Source: Bradymonadia bacterium
GTDB lineage: Bacteria; Myxococcota_A; Bradymonadia; UBA7976; UBA1532
Reading direction: 5' to 3'
NCBI GenBank assembly: GCA_046290225.1
Contig: JBKAGE010000070.1
Coordinates: 250,631 to 314,630 of the forward strand
Length of the DNA: 64,000 bases
Part shown: positions 18,818-29,920 of the stretch, in pieces
Layout of the letters: each line of letters starts with the position of its first letter
Numbering within the stretch: the first letter of the stretch is position 1
Program-made: the position numbers and the translations under genes
Notes under the pieces: model-generated
The model's input: the letters and a program-made list of their open reading frames with translations, nothing else
What the model was told of the DNA's origin: nothing
The model's database searches: none

Positions 18818-20359
18818 ATGCACGCGTTGTGGCGCTGCCCTGAATGTCAACATGCCGTGAGCGTGTCCACCCCGGGCATCACCCCGGGGCTCAAATGCAT
18901 GAGCGGCTGTGCTCAAGTCGTCGTCGCCCCTGAGATCAAACAACGACACCCCTCTGACCCCTGGTTGGGGCGTCTGATCTCCGATCGATATGCCCTCATC
19001 GACGTGCGCCCCGGTGTCGGCGGGCCCGGTCGCTGCTACATCGGCTTGCAACTGCCCGAGGGCACCCCCGTGGAGATCCGCATCATCGCTCGGGGCACCA
19101 CCCCCATCGATGATCCGTTCTTTCGCCTCGCAGGGCGGATCGCGGCGTTGAGCCACCACGGATTGCAGCCCCTGCTGGACTACGGAGAGACCACCGACGG
19201 TCTCTCCTATCTCGTACACGGTCAGGCTGAGGGGCGCTCTCTCCTCGAGCGGCTGCAGCTACTGGGTCCGTTGACCCCTGCTCAGGCCATCGACATCACC
19301 CTCAGCGTGCTCGACGCGTTGCGCCCAGGGCACCTCGCCGGGGTGGATCACCGCGATCTCAAGCCGTCGAATGTGGTGGTGACGCCCCACGGCGACGGCT
19401 TCAAAGTGCTCCTCAAGTCATTTGGCGTCATGTCGATCCTCGAGCAATGCACCACCGGTGCTCAGGGTGGTCAGGCGCTGCTGGGCACCCCCAGCTATCT
19501 CGCCCCTGAGCGTCTGCTCGACCGACAGGCAGGGGTGCGTTCGGACATCTACGCCCTGGGCGTGATGTTGTATCGCATGATCTCCGGCCGCCTGCCGTTC
19601 ACCGGCCGCGACAACACCGAGATTCTCGCGCGGCAGATCCAAACGCCGCCACCTGCCCTGAACGTGCCTCTGCACCCAGCACTCGAGGCCGCCATCTTCA
19701 AGGCCCTGGCCAAGCGCCCCGAGGATCGGTTCGCCACCACCCAGAGCTTGCGTATGGCCCTCGAGGCTGCCGTGGCCCTCTGCGACGACAGCAACATGTC
19801 GATGAGCTCCATGGGCGACGAGCCTGAGACCGGCGTCTTCGCTCACACGGATTCAGCCCGCATGCCCCTGGACGATCAGCCCACTCGCATGCTCGCCGAG
19901 GCCCCAGAAGAAGACACGCTCAGCCTCGACGGCAGCGAAGATGGTGAGCTGACGAGCCCAGAGGCGATCAACGGGCACTCTCACCCCTGGACCGACGCCT
20001 TTGACAGCGATCTCGAAGAAGAGCCCACGCTGGTCACCGAGCTTGACGATGTCTCCCGATGGGTGGGCCTGATGGAAGCTCAGCGCCTGCCTCTCGATCC
20101 GGCCCCCATGGCCCGCACCCCGCTGGCGCGCATTCCCCTCACCCGGATGCCCACCGCCGCGCGGGCGCCAGTCCCCTCTCAGGCACCCAGCTCGAACGCC
20201 GAAGCGAAGGCGCCTACGCCCACTGCCGAAGAGTCAGAGAAGCCTTCGGGCTCGCTCCAACGCTGGCGGCTCTCATGGTTCTACGGCGGTCTGGTGCTGG
20301 TGAGCGCCCTCGGCGTACTCGGCGCTAAGGCGCTATCGCAATGGGTCCCGGGATATTGA
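18818..20359 (+). CDS. Membrane-anchored Ser/Thr kinase-like protein, probable pseudokinase
   Basis: HRDLKPSN, GTPSYLAPE and SDIYALG are present, but VAIK reads VEIR and DFG reads SFG; N-terminal CPEC...CMSGC; C-terminal transmembrane helix. Confidence 0.8.
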   Translation: MHALWRCPECQHAVSVSTPGITPGLKCMSGCAQVVVAPEIKQRHPSDPWLGRLISDRYALIDVRPGVGGPGRCYIGLQLPEGTPVEIRIIARGTTPIDDPFFRLAGRIAALSHHGLQPLLDYGETTDGLSYLVHGQAEGRSLLERLQLLGPLTPAQAIDITLSVLDALRPGHLAGVDHRDLKPSNVVVTPHGDGFKVLLKSFGVMSILEQCTTGAQGGQALLGTPSYLAPERLLDRQAGVRSDIYALGVMLYRMISGRLPFTGRDNTEILARQIQTPPPALNVPLHPALEAAIFKALAKRPEDRFATTQSLRMALEAAVALCDDSNMSMSSMGDEPETGVFAHTDSARMPLDDQPTRMLAEAPEEDTLSLDGSEDGELTSPEAINGHSHPWTDAFDSDLEEEPTLVTELDDVSRWVGLMEAQRLPLDPAPMARTPLARIPLTRMPTAARAPVPSQAPSSNAEAKAPTPTAEESEKPSGSLQRWRLSWFYGGLVLVSALGVLGAKALSQWVPGY

Positions 20360-21773
20360 GAGATCCCTCTCCGAGAGAGACCTCGCCGATCTCACCCACG
20401 TCACCGGGGCCGTCGATGCGCAGGATGGCGATGTTGGGGGGATCGTTCGGATCCACCGACGACAGGTAGACCGTGTCGGTGAGGGCACCTCGGGTGATGG
20501 AGGTCATCTGATCGGCGAGGCCTATCCCACCGATGCGATACGCCTCCACCATCACCCCGGCAGGGTTCTCGGCGAGGACCACCACCTGCCCGGGCTGAAA
20601 CAACGTGATCAAAGCCGTCTCACCGTCGCTGGAGAACAGCGCCTCCCCGGCCTCGTTTATACCCATGAGCCGTTCGGTCTCCACCAGCATCTCGCCGTCG
20701 AAGTCCACCACCGCCACCTGGTTCCCCTCTTCGGAGAAAGGGGAGCTGTTGGGCACCAGCAAGGTGCCACCGTTGGGGGAGATGGCCATGCGGGTGTGGG
20801 AGACAAAGTCACCGAAGATGTCAAAGGCGCCGATCTCGCGCCACCCGCGACCCTGGCGGGTGAGCAGCCGCAAATCGTTGTCGTCGACGAAGGGCTCGAA
20901 GGCGGCCTGCCCTCCCTGCAAGATGGCCAGCTCGGTCCCAGGCACCTTCACCATGGAGTTGGAGAGCACCACGTCGAAAAATGCGTTCCGGTCCTCTTCG
21001 AGGGTGCCGTCACAGGCCACCTGAACCGCAGCGATGCCACTGTCCTGGGCCTGGTTGTTCCCGTTGAGCGCCCAGGCCACCGTACCCTCGTCGGACAGGT
21101 GCAGATCGACATAGCTCACCCCAGGCAACTGGATGGCGTCGATGAGGCGCATGTCACCATCGGGGCTCACCTGCACCGAGACCAGAGTGCCATCTTCTCC
21201 GAGCACCAGGGCGAACTCCCCAGAGGGCACAAAAGCGATGCGTCGTGGGCGGGTGCCCACGTCGAGGCGACGGCCAGTGTCTACAGGGGTCGGCTCCCCA
21301 TCCACCACGAGGGCGCGTACCTCGGTCCCGTCTACGCCTGGCTCTCCAGTAAAGGGGTGACCCACGAGGATCACCCGTGGGGCGTCGGGCATCAGGGGCT
21401 TGGAGAAGCCACACTCGTCCTCACCACCTGCGCCGCCCATGGGCATCCCGCCCATCGGCTCGCCACCGGCTCCGCCGACGCCGCCCATCGACGCCCCGCC
21501 AACAGGCTCGCCGCCGGCGCCACCATCCCCAGCGGCACCACCAGCGCCACCCACAGGCACACCACCGGCGCCACCATCACCACCTGACGCGCCGCCAGCG
21601 CCTCCAATGGGCGCACCGCCGACACCACCGGCGCCGCCTGCAGGTGCGCCGCCAGCGCCACCGTCGCCACCGATGATGCCCGAGATTCCCCCGTCATCGA
21701 CGATGTTGGACACCTCGTCACAGCCCAGCGCTGCGCAGGCCAGCAAAGATGCCATCCAGGACACCCTCTGCAT
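20325..21773 (-). CDS. Lipoprotein with Gly-rich (GGAGG) linker and beta-propeller domain
   Basis: Lipobox ALGC; GGxGG repeats; FVPSG/SPDG/SPNG/SSDG blade motifs. Confidence 0.75.
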   Translation of the reverse strand: MQRVSWMASLLACAALGCDEVSNIVDDGGISGIIGGDGGAGGAPAGGAGGVGGAPIGGAGGASGGDGGAGGVPVGGAGGAAGDGGAGGEPVGGASMGGVGGAGGEPMGGMPMGGAGGEDECGFSKPLMPDAPRVILVGHPFTGEPGVDGTEVRALVVDGEPTPVDTGRRLDVGTRPRRIAFVPSGEFALVLGEDGTLVSVQVSPDGDMRLIDAIQLPGVSYVDLHLSDEGTVAWALNGNNQAQDSGIAAVQVACDGTLEEDRNAFFDVVLSNSMVKVPGTELAILQGGQAAFEPFVDDNDLRLLTRQGRGWREIGAFDIFGDFVSHTRMAISPNGGTLLVPNSSPFSEEGNQVAVVDFDGEMLVETERLMGINEAGEALFSSDGETALITLFQPGQVVVLAENPAGVMVEAYRIGGIGLADQMTSITRGALTDTVYLSSVDPNDPPNIAILRIDGPGDVGEIGEVSLGEGSLNIPGPIAIAP

Positions 21774-21983
21774 ACGTGATCGGCTCAGTGAACTGCTCAC
21801 AGTCTTCTCCGCTGAACATTTGAGGACAGACCTCAAGTTGCCCTCACCGATACGCGCCCACCTCGTCGAGATCAAGGCGCTGAGGCGTCATGACCGGCCC
21901 ATGACACAACAGTGATGGCGGGATGACCCCCCTCGTCGCCGGCTCTGTCAGTCTGCATGCACCACGACACGACGGAGAGAGAC

Positions 21984-22784
21984 ATGTTCCGCTTTGCCCA
22001 GCTCCTGATCGCCCTCAGCCTGCTCGCCCCCCTCTCGCTGGGATGCGGCGCCGCCCGCAAGGCCATGGACGCCGAAATGGCCATGAAGCCGATGAACATC
22101 GACTCGTCCCGGCAGAAGCCTGCACCACTCACCCGCAACGTCTTCAAGGCAGACAAGGTGAGGGCTCTCACCGAAGACGACCTGCGGGTGGTCCTCGACG
22201 CGCCGGTCTTCCTCGAGAAGAAGGCCCGCATCGGCGTTGTACCCGTGACCAACGGGTATGCGCCTCACCGTGACCTGCCTCTCGCCAAAATCACCGCCGA
22301 CATCGCCAAGACCCTCGACCGCACCGAGCTCTTCGAGATCGTGAGCGAGATCTCCACCGACTGGCCCACCCACGGCAACATTGCTGGCCTGAGAGAGCTC
22401 GCCGCCCGTTACCGCTCCGAATACTTGTTGCTCTACCGCCAGCGGTTCGTCGATCGGACCTACACCAACGGCTGGGGCTGGACCTGGGTCACGATCGTCG
22501 GCGGCCTGCTCGCCCCCACCCGCACCCTCGAAGCCGCAGGCGTGATGGAGGCCACCCTCTTCGACGTCAAGAGCGGCACCCTGCTCTTCACCGTCTATGC
22601 CCGGGTGAACGGCGAAGCCGACGAGACAGTCTGGGGCAATGATCGCAAACGGCGGGACCTCAAGATGCGGCTGCTCGACGAGGCCACCAGCGCCCTCGTC
22701 AAGCAGGTCGAGGCCAAGGTGGAGCAGCTCGCAGACGCCCGGCCCAAGACTGACAAGGCAGAAGAGGCCATTGGCGCGCTGTGA
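21984..22784 (+). CDS. Hypothetical lipoprotein
   Basis: GGAGAG RBS; lipobox SLGC; LRELAARY and LFDVKSG motifs; strong GC3 bias. Confidence 0.75.
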   Translation: MFRFAQLLIALSLLAPLSLGCGAARKAMDAEMAMKPMNIDSSRQKPAPLTRNVFKADKVRALTEDDLRVVLDAPVFLEKKARIGVVPVTNGYAPHRDLPLAKITADIAKTLDRTELFEIVSEISTDWPTHGNIAGLRELAARYRSEYLLLYRQRFVDRTYTNGWGWTWVTIVGGLLAPTRTLEAAGVMEATLFDVKSGTLLFTVYARVNGEADETVWGNDRKRRDLKMRLLDEATSALVKQVEAKVEQLADARPKTDKAEEAIGAL

Positions 22785-23001
22785 TCTCGACCCCGGGATC
22801 ATGACTCATCTGGGCTGGGCCATACGCGACCCCCTTCTGGTCCATGGCTGACCCAGGATGAATCAATTTGAACCAGCCTGATTCAGCTCGACCATCATTC
22901 CGCCGTCTCATGATGCAGGGCGTGACCAGTGCACTTGCTGGTCCAGGCTGCCGGGCGGGCAGCCAATTCTGTGGGAACATGTAAATCGGAGGCGGACCGA
23001 T

Positions 23002-23628
23002 ATGATCAACTCAAATGAAACCAAAGTCCTCATCATCGAAGATGATCCTCATGTGCGGGCCATCTTGGGCGAGGTCCTCGAACGCGCAGGGTTCGAGACG
23101 CACGAAGCCGTGGACGGGCAGGAAGGGTACGAGCGCGCCCGACGCATCAACCCCCACCTGATTCTGTGCGACATCGACATGAGTGGCCTCGACGGGCACA
23201 GCGTGTTGCGCATCATTCGGGAGGATCCTCAGCTGAGCCACATCCCCTTCATCTTCCTCACCGGCTCGGACTGTGAGGAGACCCGCAAAGAGGGATTCTC
23301 CCTCGGCGCCGACGACTACCTCACCAAACCATTCTCTGTGGAGACCCTGCTCAAGATCATCGAGACGCGCCTCAGTCGGCAGCGGGCGATGCAGGCCCAC
23401 TACGAGCAGATCTTGCAGGCCTTTGCCGGTCGCTTTACTGAAGAGATCCAAAAGCCTCTGCTCGAGATCACGGGTTACTCCATCGAGCTGCGTCATCAGT
23501 GGCGGGAGATGAGGCCCGCGGACATCGAGATGTTGCTCGAGCTCATCGAACGCCAGGGCCACTTCATCGCAGCCCTCACTCAGTCAGAGGTCCAACGCCA
23601 CCTCACGCCGGTCACCGAGCGCATCTGA
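23002..23628 (+). CDS. Response regulator (REC domain plus degenerate HisKA-like helix)
   Basis: LIIEDD, LCDIDM, FLT, GADDYLTKPF; GGAGG RBS. Confidence 0.88.
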   Translation: MINSNETKVLIIEDDPHVRAILGEVLERAGFETHEAVDGQEGYERARRINPHLILCDIDMSGLDGHSVLRIIREDPQLSHIPFIFLTGSDCEETRKEGFSLGADDYLTKPFSVETLLKIIETRLSRQRAMQAHYEQILQAFAGRFTEEIQKPLLEITGYSIELRHQWREMRPADIEMLLELIERQGHFIAALTQSEVQRHLTPVTERI

Positions 23629-23735
23629 CGACCTCTCCACGCATCCAACCCTCAGCCTGAGCATCCGCTGCTTCCCCCTGGACATTTTACAGTACGCCTG
23701 TATCGTAAGTGAGTCTCATCCGATATGGAGGCTCG

Positions 23736-24917
23736 ATGTCCGCCCCCCTCGCTGGCTTCAAGATCCTCGATCTCACGCGATTGTTGCCCGGGCCGTTGTG
23801 CAGCCTGCACCTTGCCGATCTCGGCGCCGAGGTCATCAAGATCGAAGACCCCTCCACAGGTGATCCCACTCGGGCCGACATCACAGGCCGTCAGGCCATG
23901 TCCACCTTGTTTCACTGCCTCAATCGCAACAAGCACGCGGTGGCCATCGATCTGCGCACGGCAGAAGGTGTGGAGATCTTCCTCACCCTCGCCGAGCAGG
24001 CGGACGCCATCATCGAAGGGTTCCGCCCTGGGGTGGTCGATCGATTGGGGGTGGGCTACGCAGCGGTGAAGGCCCGACGGGCCGACACTGTGTACGTGTC
24101 TCTCACGGGCTATGGCCAGGACGGCCCCTGGAAGCATCGCGCAGGGCACGACGTGAACTACGTGGCCACGGCAGGCATCCTAGACCAGCTCGGCGAGGCC
24201 GGCGGGCCGCCCATACTGCCCAACTTTCAGATCGCCGATCTCGCCGGGGGCGCGCTGAGCGCCACGGTGGCGGTGCTTGCCGCGCTGCTGCGCCGCTCGA
24301 GCAGTGGCGAGGGCAGCTACGTCGATGTGTCCATGACCGACTGCGCGCTGGCCCACGCGGTGATGCCTCTGGCCCAGATGTCGCTCTTCGGCGGTACACC
24401 CCCCAGAGGCCTCGACATCCTCACTGGGGGGCTGGCCTGCTACTCGATCTATCGCACCGCCGATGACCGACACCTCGCCGTGGGCGCTCTGGAGCGCAAA
24501 TTCTGGGACCAGGTCTGCGCAGGCTTGGGCCGAATGGATCTCGCCGATTTGCATCTCTCTCTGGGCCCCGCTGCGGTGGAGCTCAAAGCCACGGTGCAAG
24601 GCATCATCGGCGCTCAACCCCTGGCCCACTGGGCCGAGGTGTTCGAAGCCCTCGACGCCTGCGTCACGCCAGTGCTCACCCTCGAAGAGGCCATGACGCA
24701 CCCTCAGCTGGCGGCCCGGCACATCTTCATCGAGCACACTGATCCCCGTGATGGGGTGATCAAACAGTTCGCAACCCCCTGGAAGTTCGCTGATCACGTC
24801 TTCAGCGTTCGCCGCTCGGCGCCGCCCCTCGGCGCGGACACCGAAGCTGTCTTGACGGCGGCAGGGATAGACGCACCCACTCTGCACACACTCAAGGCCC
24901 GAGGCATCGTCCGCTGA
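23736..24917 (+). CDS. CaiB/BaiF class III CoA-transferase (alpha-methylacyl-CoA racemase-like)
   Basis: [43 protein letters not shown]. Confidence 0.92.
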   Translation: MSAPLAGFKILDLTRLLPGPLCSLHLADLGAEVIKIEDPSTGDPTRADITGRQAMSTLFHCLNRNKHAVAIDLRTAEGVEIFLTLAEQADAIIEGFRPGVVDRLGVGYAAVKARRADTVYVSLTGYGQDGPWKHRAGHDVNYVATAGILDQLGEAGGPPILPNFQIADLAGGALSATVAVLAALLRRSSSGEGSYVDVSMTDCALAHAVMPLAQMSLFGGTPPRGLDILTGGLACYSIYRTADDRHLAVGALERKFWDQVCAGLGRMDLADLHLSLGPAAVELKATVQGIIGAQPLAHWAEVFEALDACVTPVLTLEEAMTHPQLAARHIFIEHTDPRDGVIKQFATPWKFADHVFSVRRSAPPLGADTEAVLTAAGIDAPTLHTLKARGIVR

Positions 24918-24939
24918 GGGCCCCTGTTTTGGAGGCAGT

Positions 24940-26151
24940 ATGACCGAAGCGCTCATTTTCGACGCCGTCCGCACCCCACGAGGTCGGGGGAAAAAGACGG
25001 GATCTCTCGCAGAGGCCTCGCCGACGCAGCTGGCCACCACGGCCCTCACCGCGCTGCGGGATCGCCACGATCTCGACACCGGCCTCGTCGACGACGTGAT
25101 CCTCGGCTGTGTGGAGCCAGTGATGGATCAGGGCGCCAACATCGCCCGCACTGTGGCCCTCGCGGCGGGCTATGCCGAGCGCGTGGCCGGTGTGCAGGTG
25201 AACCGCTACTGCGGCTCGGGCCTCGAGGCGTGCAACCTCGCCGCAGCCCAGGTGGCCTCGGGCATGCACGATCTGGTGGTGGCCGGCGGCGTAGAGTCGA
25301 TGAGCCGGGTGCCCATGATGTCTTCTGGAGGGGCCTGGCCTGCAGATCCTCAGCTGGCGTTGCCCACCTACTTCGTGCCTCAGGGCATCTCTGCCGATCT
25401 GATCGCCACCAAGTTCGGCTACAGCCGCGAAGATCTGGACGCATACGCCGTGGCCTCTCAAGACCGCGCAGCTCGGGCATGGTCGGAGGGCCGGTTCGAG
25501 GGCAGCGTGGTGCCGGTGAAAGACCAGAACGGGCTCACGATCCTCGACCGCGACGAGCACATGCGACCGGGGACCACGGTGGCCGATCTGGCCCGCCTGA
25601 ACCCGTCCTTCCTGGGCATGGGCCAGATGATGCCGGGCTTCGACTTCGTCGCCCTGCAGCGCTATCCCGAGCTGGAGACCATCGAGCACCGCCACCACGC
25701 AGGGAACTCCAGCGGCATCGTCGACGGCGCCGCAGGTGTGCTCATCGGCACCCGCGAGGCCGGGGTCGCCGCGGGCCTGAAGCCCCGAGCACGGGTGAAG
25801 GCCGCCGCAGTGATGGGCACCGAGCCCACCATCATGCTCACAGGGCCGAGCTTCGCAGCGGAGAAAGCCCTGAAGCGGGCGGGCATGACCCCCAACGACA
25901 TCGATCTCTGGGAGCTCAACGAAGCCTTCGCCGCCGTGGTGCTGCGCTTCATGGAGGCCATGCACGTCGATCACTCGGTGATGAACGTGAACGGGGGCGC
26001 CATCGCCATGGGCCACCCCCTCGGGGCCACGGGGGCCATGATCCTGGGCACTCTGCTCGACGAGCTGGAGCGCCGCGACCTCTCTACGGGGCTGGTCACT
26101 CTCTGCATCGGTGCCGGGATGGGCATCGCAACCATCATCGAGCGGGTCTGA
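24940..26151 (+). CDS. Acetyl-CoA C-acyltransferase (thiolase)
   Basis: [38 protein letters not shown]. Confidence 0.95.
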   Translation: MTEALIFDAVRTPRGRGKKTGSLAEASPTQLATTALTALRDRHDLDTGLVDDVILGCVEPVMDQGANIARTVALAAGYAERVAGVQVNRYCGSGLEACNLAAAQVASGMHDLVVAGGVESMSRVPMMSSGGAWPADPQLALPTYFVPQGISADLIATKFGYSREDLDAYAVASQDRAARAWSEGRFEGSVVPVKDQNGLTILDRDEHMRPGTTVADLARLNPSFLGMGQMMPGFDFVALQRYPELETIEHRHHAGNSSGIVDGAAGVLIGTREAGVAAGLKPRARVKAAAVMGTEPTIMLTGPSFAAEKALKRAGMTPNDIDLWELNEAFAAVVLRFMEAMHVDHSVMNVNGGAIAMGHPLGATGAMILGTLLDELERRDLSTGLVTLCIGAGMGIATIIERV

Positions 26152-26160
26152 GGAGGCGTG

Positions 26161-28299
26161 ATGTCCACGATCATCGAGTACACAGTCGACGCCGACGGCA
26201 TCGCCACGATCACCTGGTCCACCCCCGGGCCGGTGAACACCCTCTCCGAAGCCTCGATGTCGCAGTTCGCGGCGCACATGCAGAGCGCCCTCGACGACGA
26301 GGCGGTGAAGGGGGTGATCATCACCTCATCGAAGGCCGACTTCATCGCCGGGGCTGATCTGAGCATGTTGCTGACGATGCACGAGGCCGACGCCGCGAGC
26401 ATCTTCGAGCAGACGATGCAAATGCACGCCCTGACCCGCAAGATGGAGACCACGGGCAAGCCGGTGGTGGCGGCCATCAACGGCACCGCCCTCGGCGGGG
26501 GCTACGAGATCGCCCTCGCCTGCCACCACCGCGTCGCCGCCGACCACCCCAAGATCAAGATCGGGCTGCCCGAGGTGAAGTTGGGCCTGCTCCCTGGAGG
26601 TGGAGGCTGCCAGCGTCTGCCCCGGCTGGTGGGCATTCAAGAGGCGATGACCCTGCTGACCCAGGGCCGTCAGCTCAATCCTCAGAAAGCCCTCGCCAAG
26701 GGCCTCGTCGACGCCGTGGTACCTGCAGAAGAGCTGCTCTCAGCTGCGAAGGCCTGGGCCCTGGCGAACCCTCAGGCGAGTCAGCCCTGGGACGAGAAGC
26801 GTTTCAAGATCCCTGGCGGAGGCGTGCAGACCCCGAAGGGGGTACAGACCTTCGTCGGCGCCAACGCCATGCTGCGCAAGGAGACTTGGGGCAACTACCC
26901 GGCCCCCAAGGCGATCTTGAGCACGGTGTATCACGGCCTGCAGCTGCCCCTCGACACCGCCCTGCGCCACGAGGCACGGGCCTTCACCTCGTTGGTGAAG
27001 GGCAAAGTGGCCAGGAACATGATCAGCACGCTGTTCTTCGGCCTCAACGATGCCAACAAGCTCAAGGGTCGCCCTGCTGACGTGCCCCGCGAGACCTTCG
27101 AGAAGATCGGCGTGCTCGGCGCCGGCATGATGGGGGCAGGCATCGCCTATCAGGCCGCCGTCAACGGTATGCAGGTGGTGTTGCTCGATCGTGACCTCGC
27201 GTCGGCAGAGAAAGGTAAACAACACGCTGCAGACCTGCTGCGGAGCGCGGTGAACCGCAAGAAGACCACCGCCGAGGCGGCAGAGGCCACTCTGGGCCGC
27301 ATCACCGCCACGGCGAGCTATGCAGATCTCGAAGGCTGCACGTTGGTGGTTGAGGCGGTCTTCGAAGATCGTGGCATCAAGGCCGACGTCACCGCGAAGA
27401 CCGAGGCGGTGATCCCCGAGGGGGCCATCTTCGCTTCCAACACCTCGACGCTGCCCATCACCGGCCTCGCGGAGGCGAGCATCCGCCCGGAGCAGTTCAT
27501 CGGGCTGCACTTCTTCTCACCGGTGCACAAGATGCCCCTGGTGGAGATCATCGTCGGCGCCCGAACCTCCGACGCCACCCTGGCTCGATCCATGGACTTC
27601 GTGAAGGCCCTCAAAAAGACCCCCATCGTGGTGAACGACAGCCGGGGCTTCTTTACCAGCAGGGTCTTCGCCACCTATGTGCAAGAAGGCATCGCCATGG
27701 TGGCAGAGGGGGTGAGCCCTGCGTTGATCGAGCACGGCGGCCGCCTCGCAGGTATGCCTGTGGGCCCGCTGGCCCTCGCTGACGAGGTCTCTCTGGAGCT
27801 GATGCTGCGCATCGCCCGGCAGACCCGGGCTGATCTCGGGGACGACGCCCCGAGTCACCCGGCCCTCGCCGTGGCAGATCGCCTCGCCGGTGAAGACGGC
27901 CTGGGTCGTGTGGGCAAGAAGGCGAAGGCGGGTTTCTATGAGTACCCCGCAGGCGAAAACAAGCGCCTGTGGTCGGGCCTCGCGGAGCACTTCCCGCTGG
28001 CAGACGTGCAGCCCGATCTCGACACGGTGAAGCGCCGACTGCTGCACATTCAGGCCATCGAGTCCACCCGCTGCCTCGAAGAAGGTGTGCTCCGTGCACC
28101 GGTCGACGCCGACATCGGCTCGATCCTGGGCTGGGGCTTCTGCCCATTCCACGGCGGCGTGATTCGCTACATCGACACGGTGGGTGTACGGACCCTCGTG
28201 GGGGAGTGCAACGCCCTCGCCGAGACCTGTGGGCCACGCTTTGCGCCGCCAGCTTCTCTGGTGCAGATGGCTGAGTCCGGCGAGCGCTTCTACAGCTGA
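26161..28299 (+). CDS. fadJ: Fatty-acid oxidation multifunctional enzyme (enoyl-CoA hydratase/3-hydroxyacyl-CoA dehydrogenase)
   Basis: [50 protein letters not shown]. Confidence 0.92.
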   Translation: MSTIIEYTVDADGIATITWSTPGPVNTLSEASMSQFAAHMQSALDDEAVKGVIITSSKADFIAGADLSMLLTMHEADAASIFEQTMQMHALTRKMETTGKPVVAAINGTALGGGYEIALACHHRVAADHPKIKIGLPEVKLGLLPGGGGCQRLPRLVGIQEAMTLLTQGRQLNPQKALAKGLVDAVVPAEELLSAAKAWALANPQASQPWDEKRFKIPGGGVQTPKGVQTFVGANAMLRKETWGNYPAPKAILSTVYHGLQLPLDTALRHEARAFTSLVKGKVARNMISTLFFGLNDANKLKGRPADVPRETFEKIGVLGAGMMGAGIAYQAAVNGMQVVLLDRDLASAEKGKQHAADLLRSAVNRKKTTAEAAEATLGRITATASYADLEGCTLVVEAVFEDRGIKADVTAKTEAVIPEGAIFASNTSTLPITGLAEASIRPEQFIGLHFFSPVHKMPLVEIIVGARTSDATLARSMDFVKALKKTPIVVNDSRGFFTSRVFATYVQEGIAMVAEGVSPALIEHGGRLAGMPVGPLALADEVSLELMLRIARQTRADLGDDAPSHPALAVADRLAGEDGLGRVGKKAKAGFYEYPAGENKRLWSGLAEHFPLADVQPDLDTVKRRLLHIQAIESTRCLEEGVLRAPVDADIGSILGWGFCPFHGGVIRYIDTVGVRTLVGECNALAETCGPRFAPPASLVQMAESGERFYS

Positions 28300-28320
28300 C
28301 GCGTCAGCCTATCCAGAGGG

Positions 28321-29784
28321 CTACGTCTGCGACTCGTGGAACTCACCGCTCGGGTGCTGAGTCATCACCTCAGGATCCCCTCGGTAGCCCCCGTAGTCGA
28401 TGTCGTACTCTTCACACAGTCGATAGAGCTTTCGGCGATCGATCCCCATCACCGCCGCGGCGGCCTTCATCACCCCCTGAGTCTCCTTGAGCACCGCGAT
28501 CACAGTGTCTGCGTCGGGCTTGCCGACGCTCGGAGGCACCGAGACCATGGGCACCCGTGAATGCAGAGGGTTGCGGCGGGCCGTGCGCCGGCCGCTGCTG
28601 AGCTCTTCGCTGAGATGCTTGGCCTCCAGGGTATATGCGCCCTCGCACTCCAGCAGCGCAGTGCCGATGGCCATGCGCAGCCCGCGCAGGTTGTCGGACC
28701 AGTTGTGGATCAAGAGACACTCGGCAAACCCTGCGTTCCAACGTGGTGCCTGCAACTCGAAACGCTGGGCCTCTTCGTGGATGAAGGTCCGGGCCCACGA
28801 CAGGATGTCTTCCCGCCGCTCGCGCAATGGAGGCAAGCGCACGGGTGCCACGGGGGCCCGCAGCCGGGCGAGCAGATCTTGTCTGAACTGCCCGTCCGCC
28901 ACAGCCTGCTCGAGAGGCACATTGGTGGCGGCCACCACCCGCACATCGGCATGCAACTGGCCCTCACCGCCCACCCTGCGGTAGCCACCATCTTGAAGGA
29001 ACCGGATGAGCTCTACTTGCACCTCGGCGTCGAGATCACCGATCTCGTCGAGGAACAAGGTGCCTTGATGCGCTTGGGTGACGAGGCCGTGCTGTCGTGT
29101 CTTTGCATCGGTGTAAGCGCCTGCCTCCCGGCCGAAGAGCTCCGCTCGGCTCACCCCTCGGGTGAGCTCTCCACAGTTCACCGGCACAAAAGCGCCGCCG
29201 GGTTTACCGGCCATCTCGTGTACCGCCCGCGCAGCGAATTCCTTGCCCGTCCCCGTCTCGCCGAGAATCAACAACGGCACCCTGTGACGCGCGATCTGGT
29301 GAATGCGTTTGCGGGCATACACGATCTTCGGAGCATGCCCTGGGAGGAACGGATCAGACCACGGCCCTTCGTGGGGGTCAGAGTCCCGATAGATGAGCAG
29401 ACTGTCACCCACGCGAATCACATCACCGTCTCGCAGACTCACCCACTGCTTGGGCACCGGGCGGCCGTTGAGGAAGCTCCCGTTTCGAGACTCGAGATCA
29501 CGGATCGTGGTCCCGCTCAGGCGGCGGTTGATGTGCAGGTGCTTCCGCGAGATCCCCCGATCGGGGAGAACAATCGTCTGATGCTCGAGTGAGTGTCCGG
29601 AAGACCGGCCAAGCACGTATTCACCGTAGCGAAGAGTGAACGCTACGCCCTCGTCGACGCCATCTGCCCGATGGACCACTCGCAGATGCCCCACAGAAGG
29701 GCCCTCTGGCGTCATCTGCTCGACGAGCGAGTCATAATGCTCGATCGTCTCCTGAGTTTCTGTGGCTTTGTGCTGACTACTCAT
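28321..29784 (-). CDS. FHA-domain sigma-54-dependent transcriptional activator (Fis-type HTH)
   Basis: FHA GR...SRKH...DLESRNGS; Walker A GETGTGKE; GAYTDA loop; LFLDEIG; C-terminal HTH. Confidence 0.9.
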   Translation of the reverse strand: MSSQHKATETQETIEHYDSLVEQMTPEGPSVGHLRVVHRADGVDEGVAFTLRYGEYVLGRSSGHSLEHQTIVLPDRGISRKHLHINRRLSGTTIRDLESRNGSFLNGRPVPKQWVSLRDGDVIRVGDSLLIYRDSDPHEGPWSDPFLPGHAPKIVYARKRIHQIARHRVPLLILGETGTGKEFAARAVHEMAGKPGGAFVPVNCGELTRGVSRAELFGREAGAYTDAKTRQHGLVTQAHQGTLFLDEIGDLDAEVQVELIRFLQDGGYRRVGGEGQLHADVRVVAATNVPLEQAVADGQFRQDLLARLRAPVAPVRLPPLRERREDILSWARTFIHEEAQRFELQAPRWNAGFAECLLIHNWSDNLRGLRMAIGTALLECEGAYTLEAKHLSEELSSGRRTARRNPLHSRVPMVSVPPSVGKPDADTVIAVLKETQGVMKAAAAVMGIDRRKLYRLCEEYDIDYGGYRGDPEVMTQHPSGEFHESQT

Positions 29785-29920
29785 ATGCTCCCCGCAACGC
29801 TCAAGCTTCTGAAACTATCACACCGTTTCTTACATTGTGAATGACGTGCATGGCTTCACGTGCCTTTTCGGCACACTTTCTCTAACCTTCTGCAGCTGAA
29901 ACGACGTCAACAGGCTCAGT

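Noticed and set aside
21377..21915. Pro-rich plus-strand ORF 21400..21915
   Set aside because: Antisense of the GGAGG linker of the minus-strand lipoprotein.
24892..28274. Long overlapping alternative-frame ORFs over thiolase/fadJ (and similarly throughout the window)
   Set aside because: Expected from stop-codon scarcity in high-GC DNA; no recognisable domains.
29785..29920. Sigma-54 promoter in the divergent intergenic region (TCGGCACACTTTCTCT)
   Set aside because: The GG at -24 is present but the required GC at -12 is missing.
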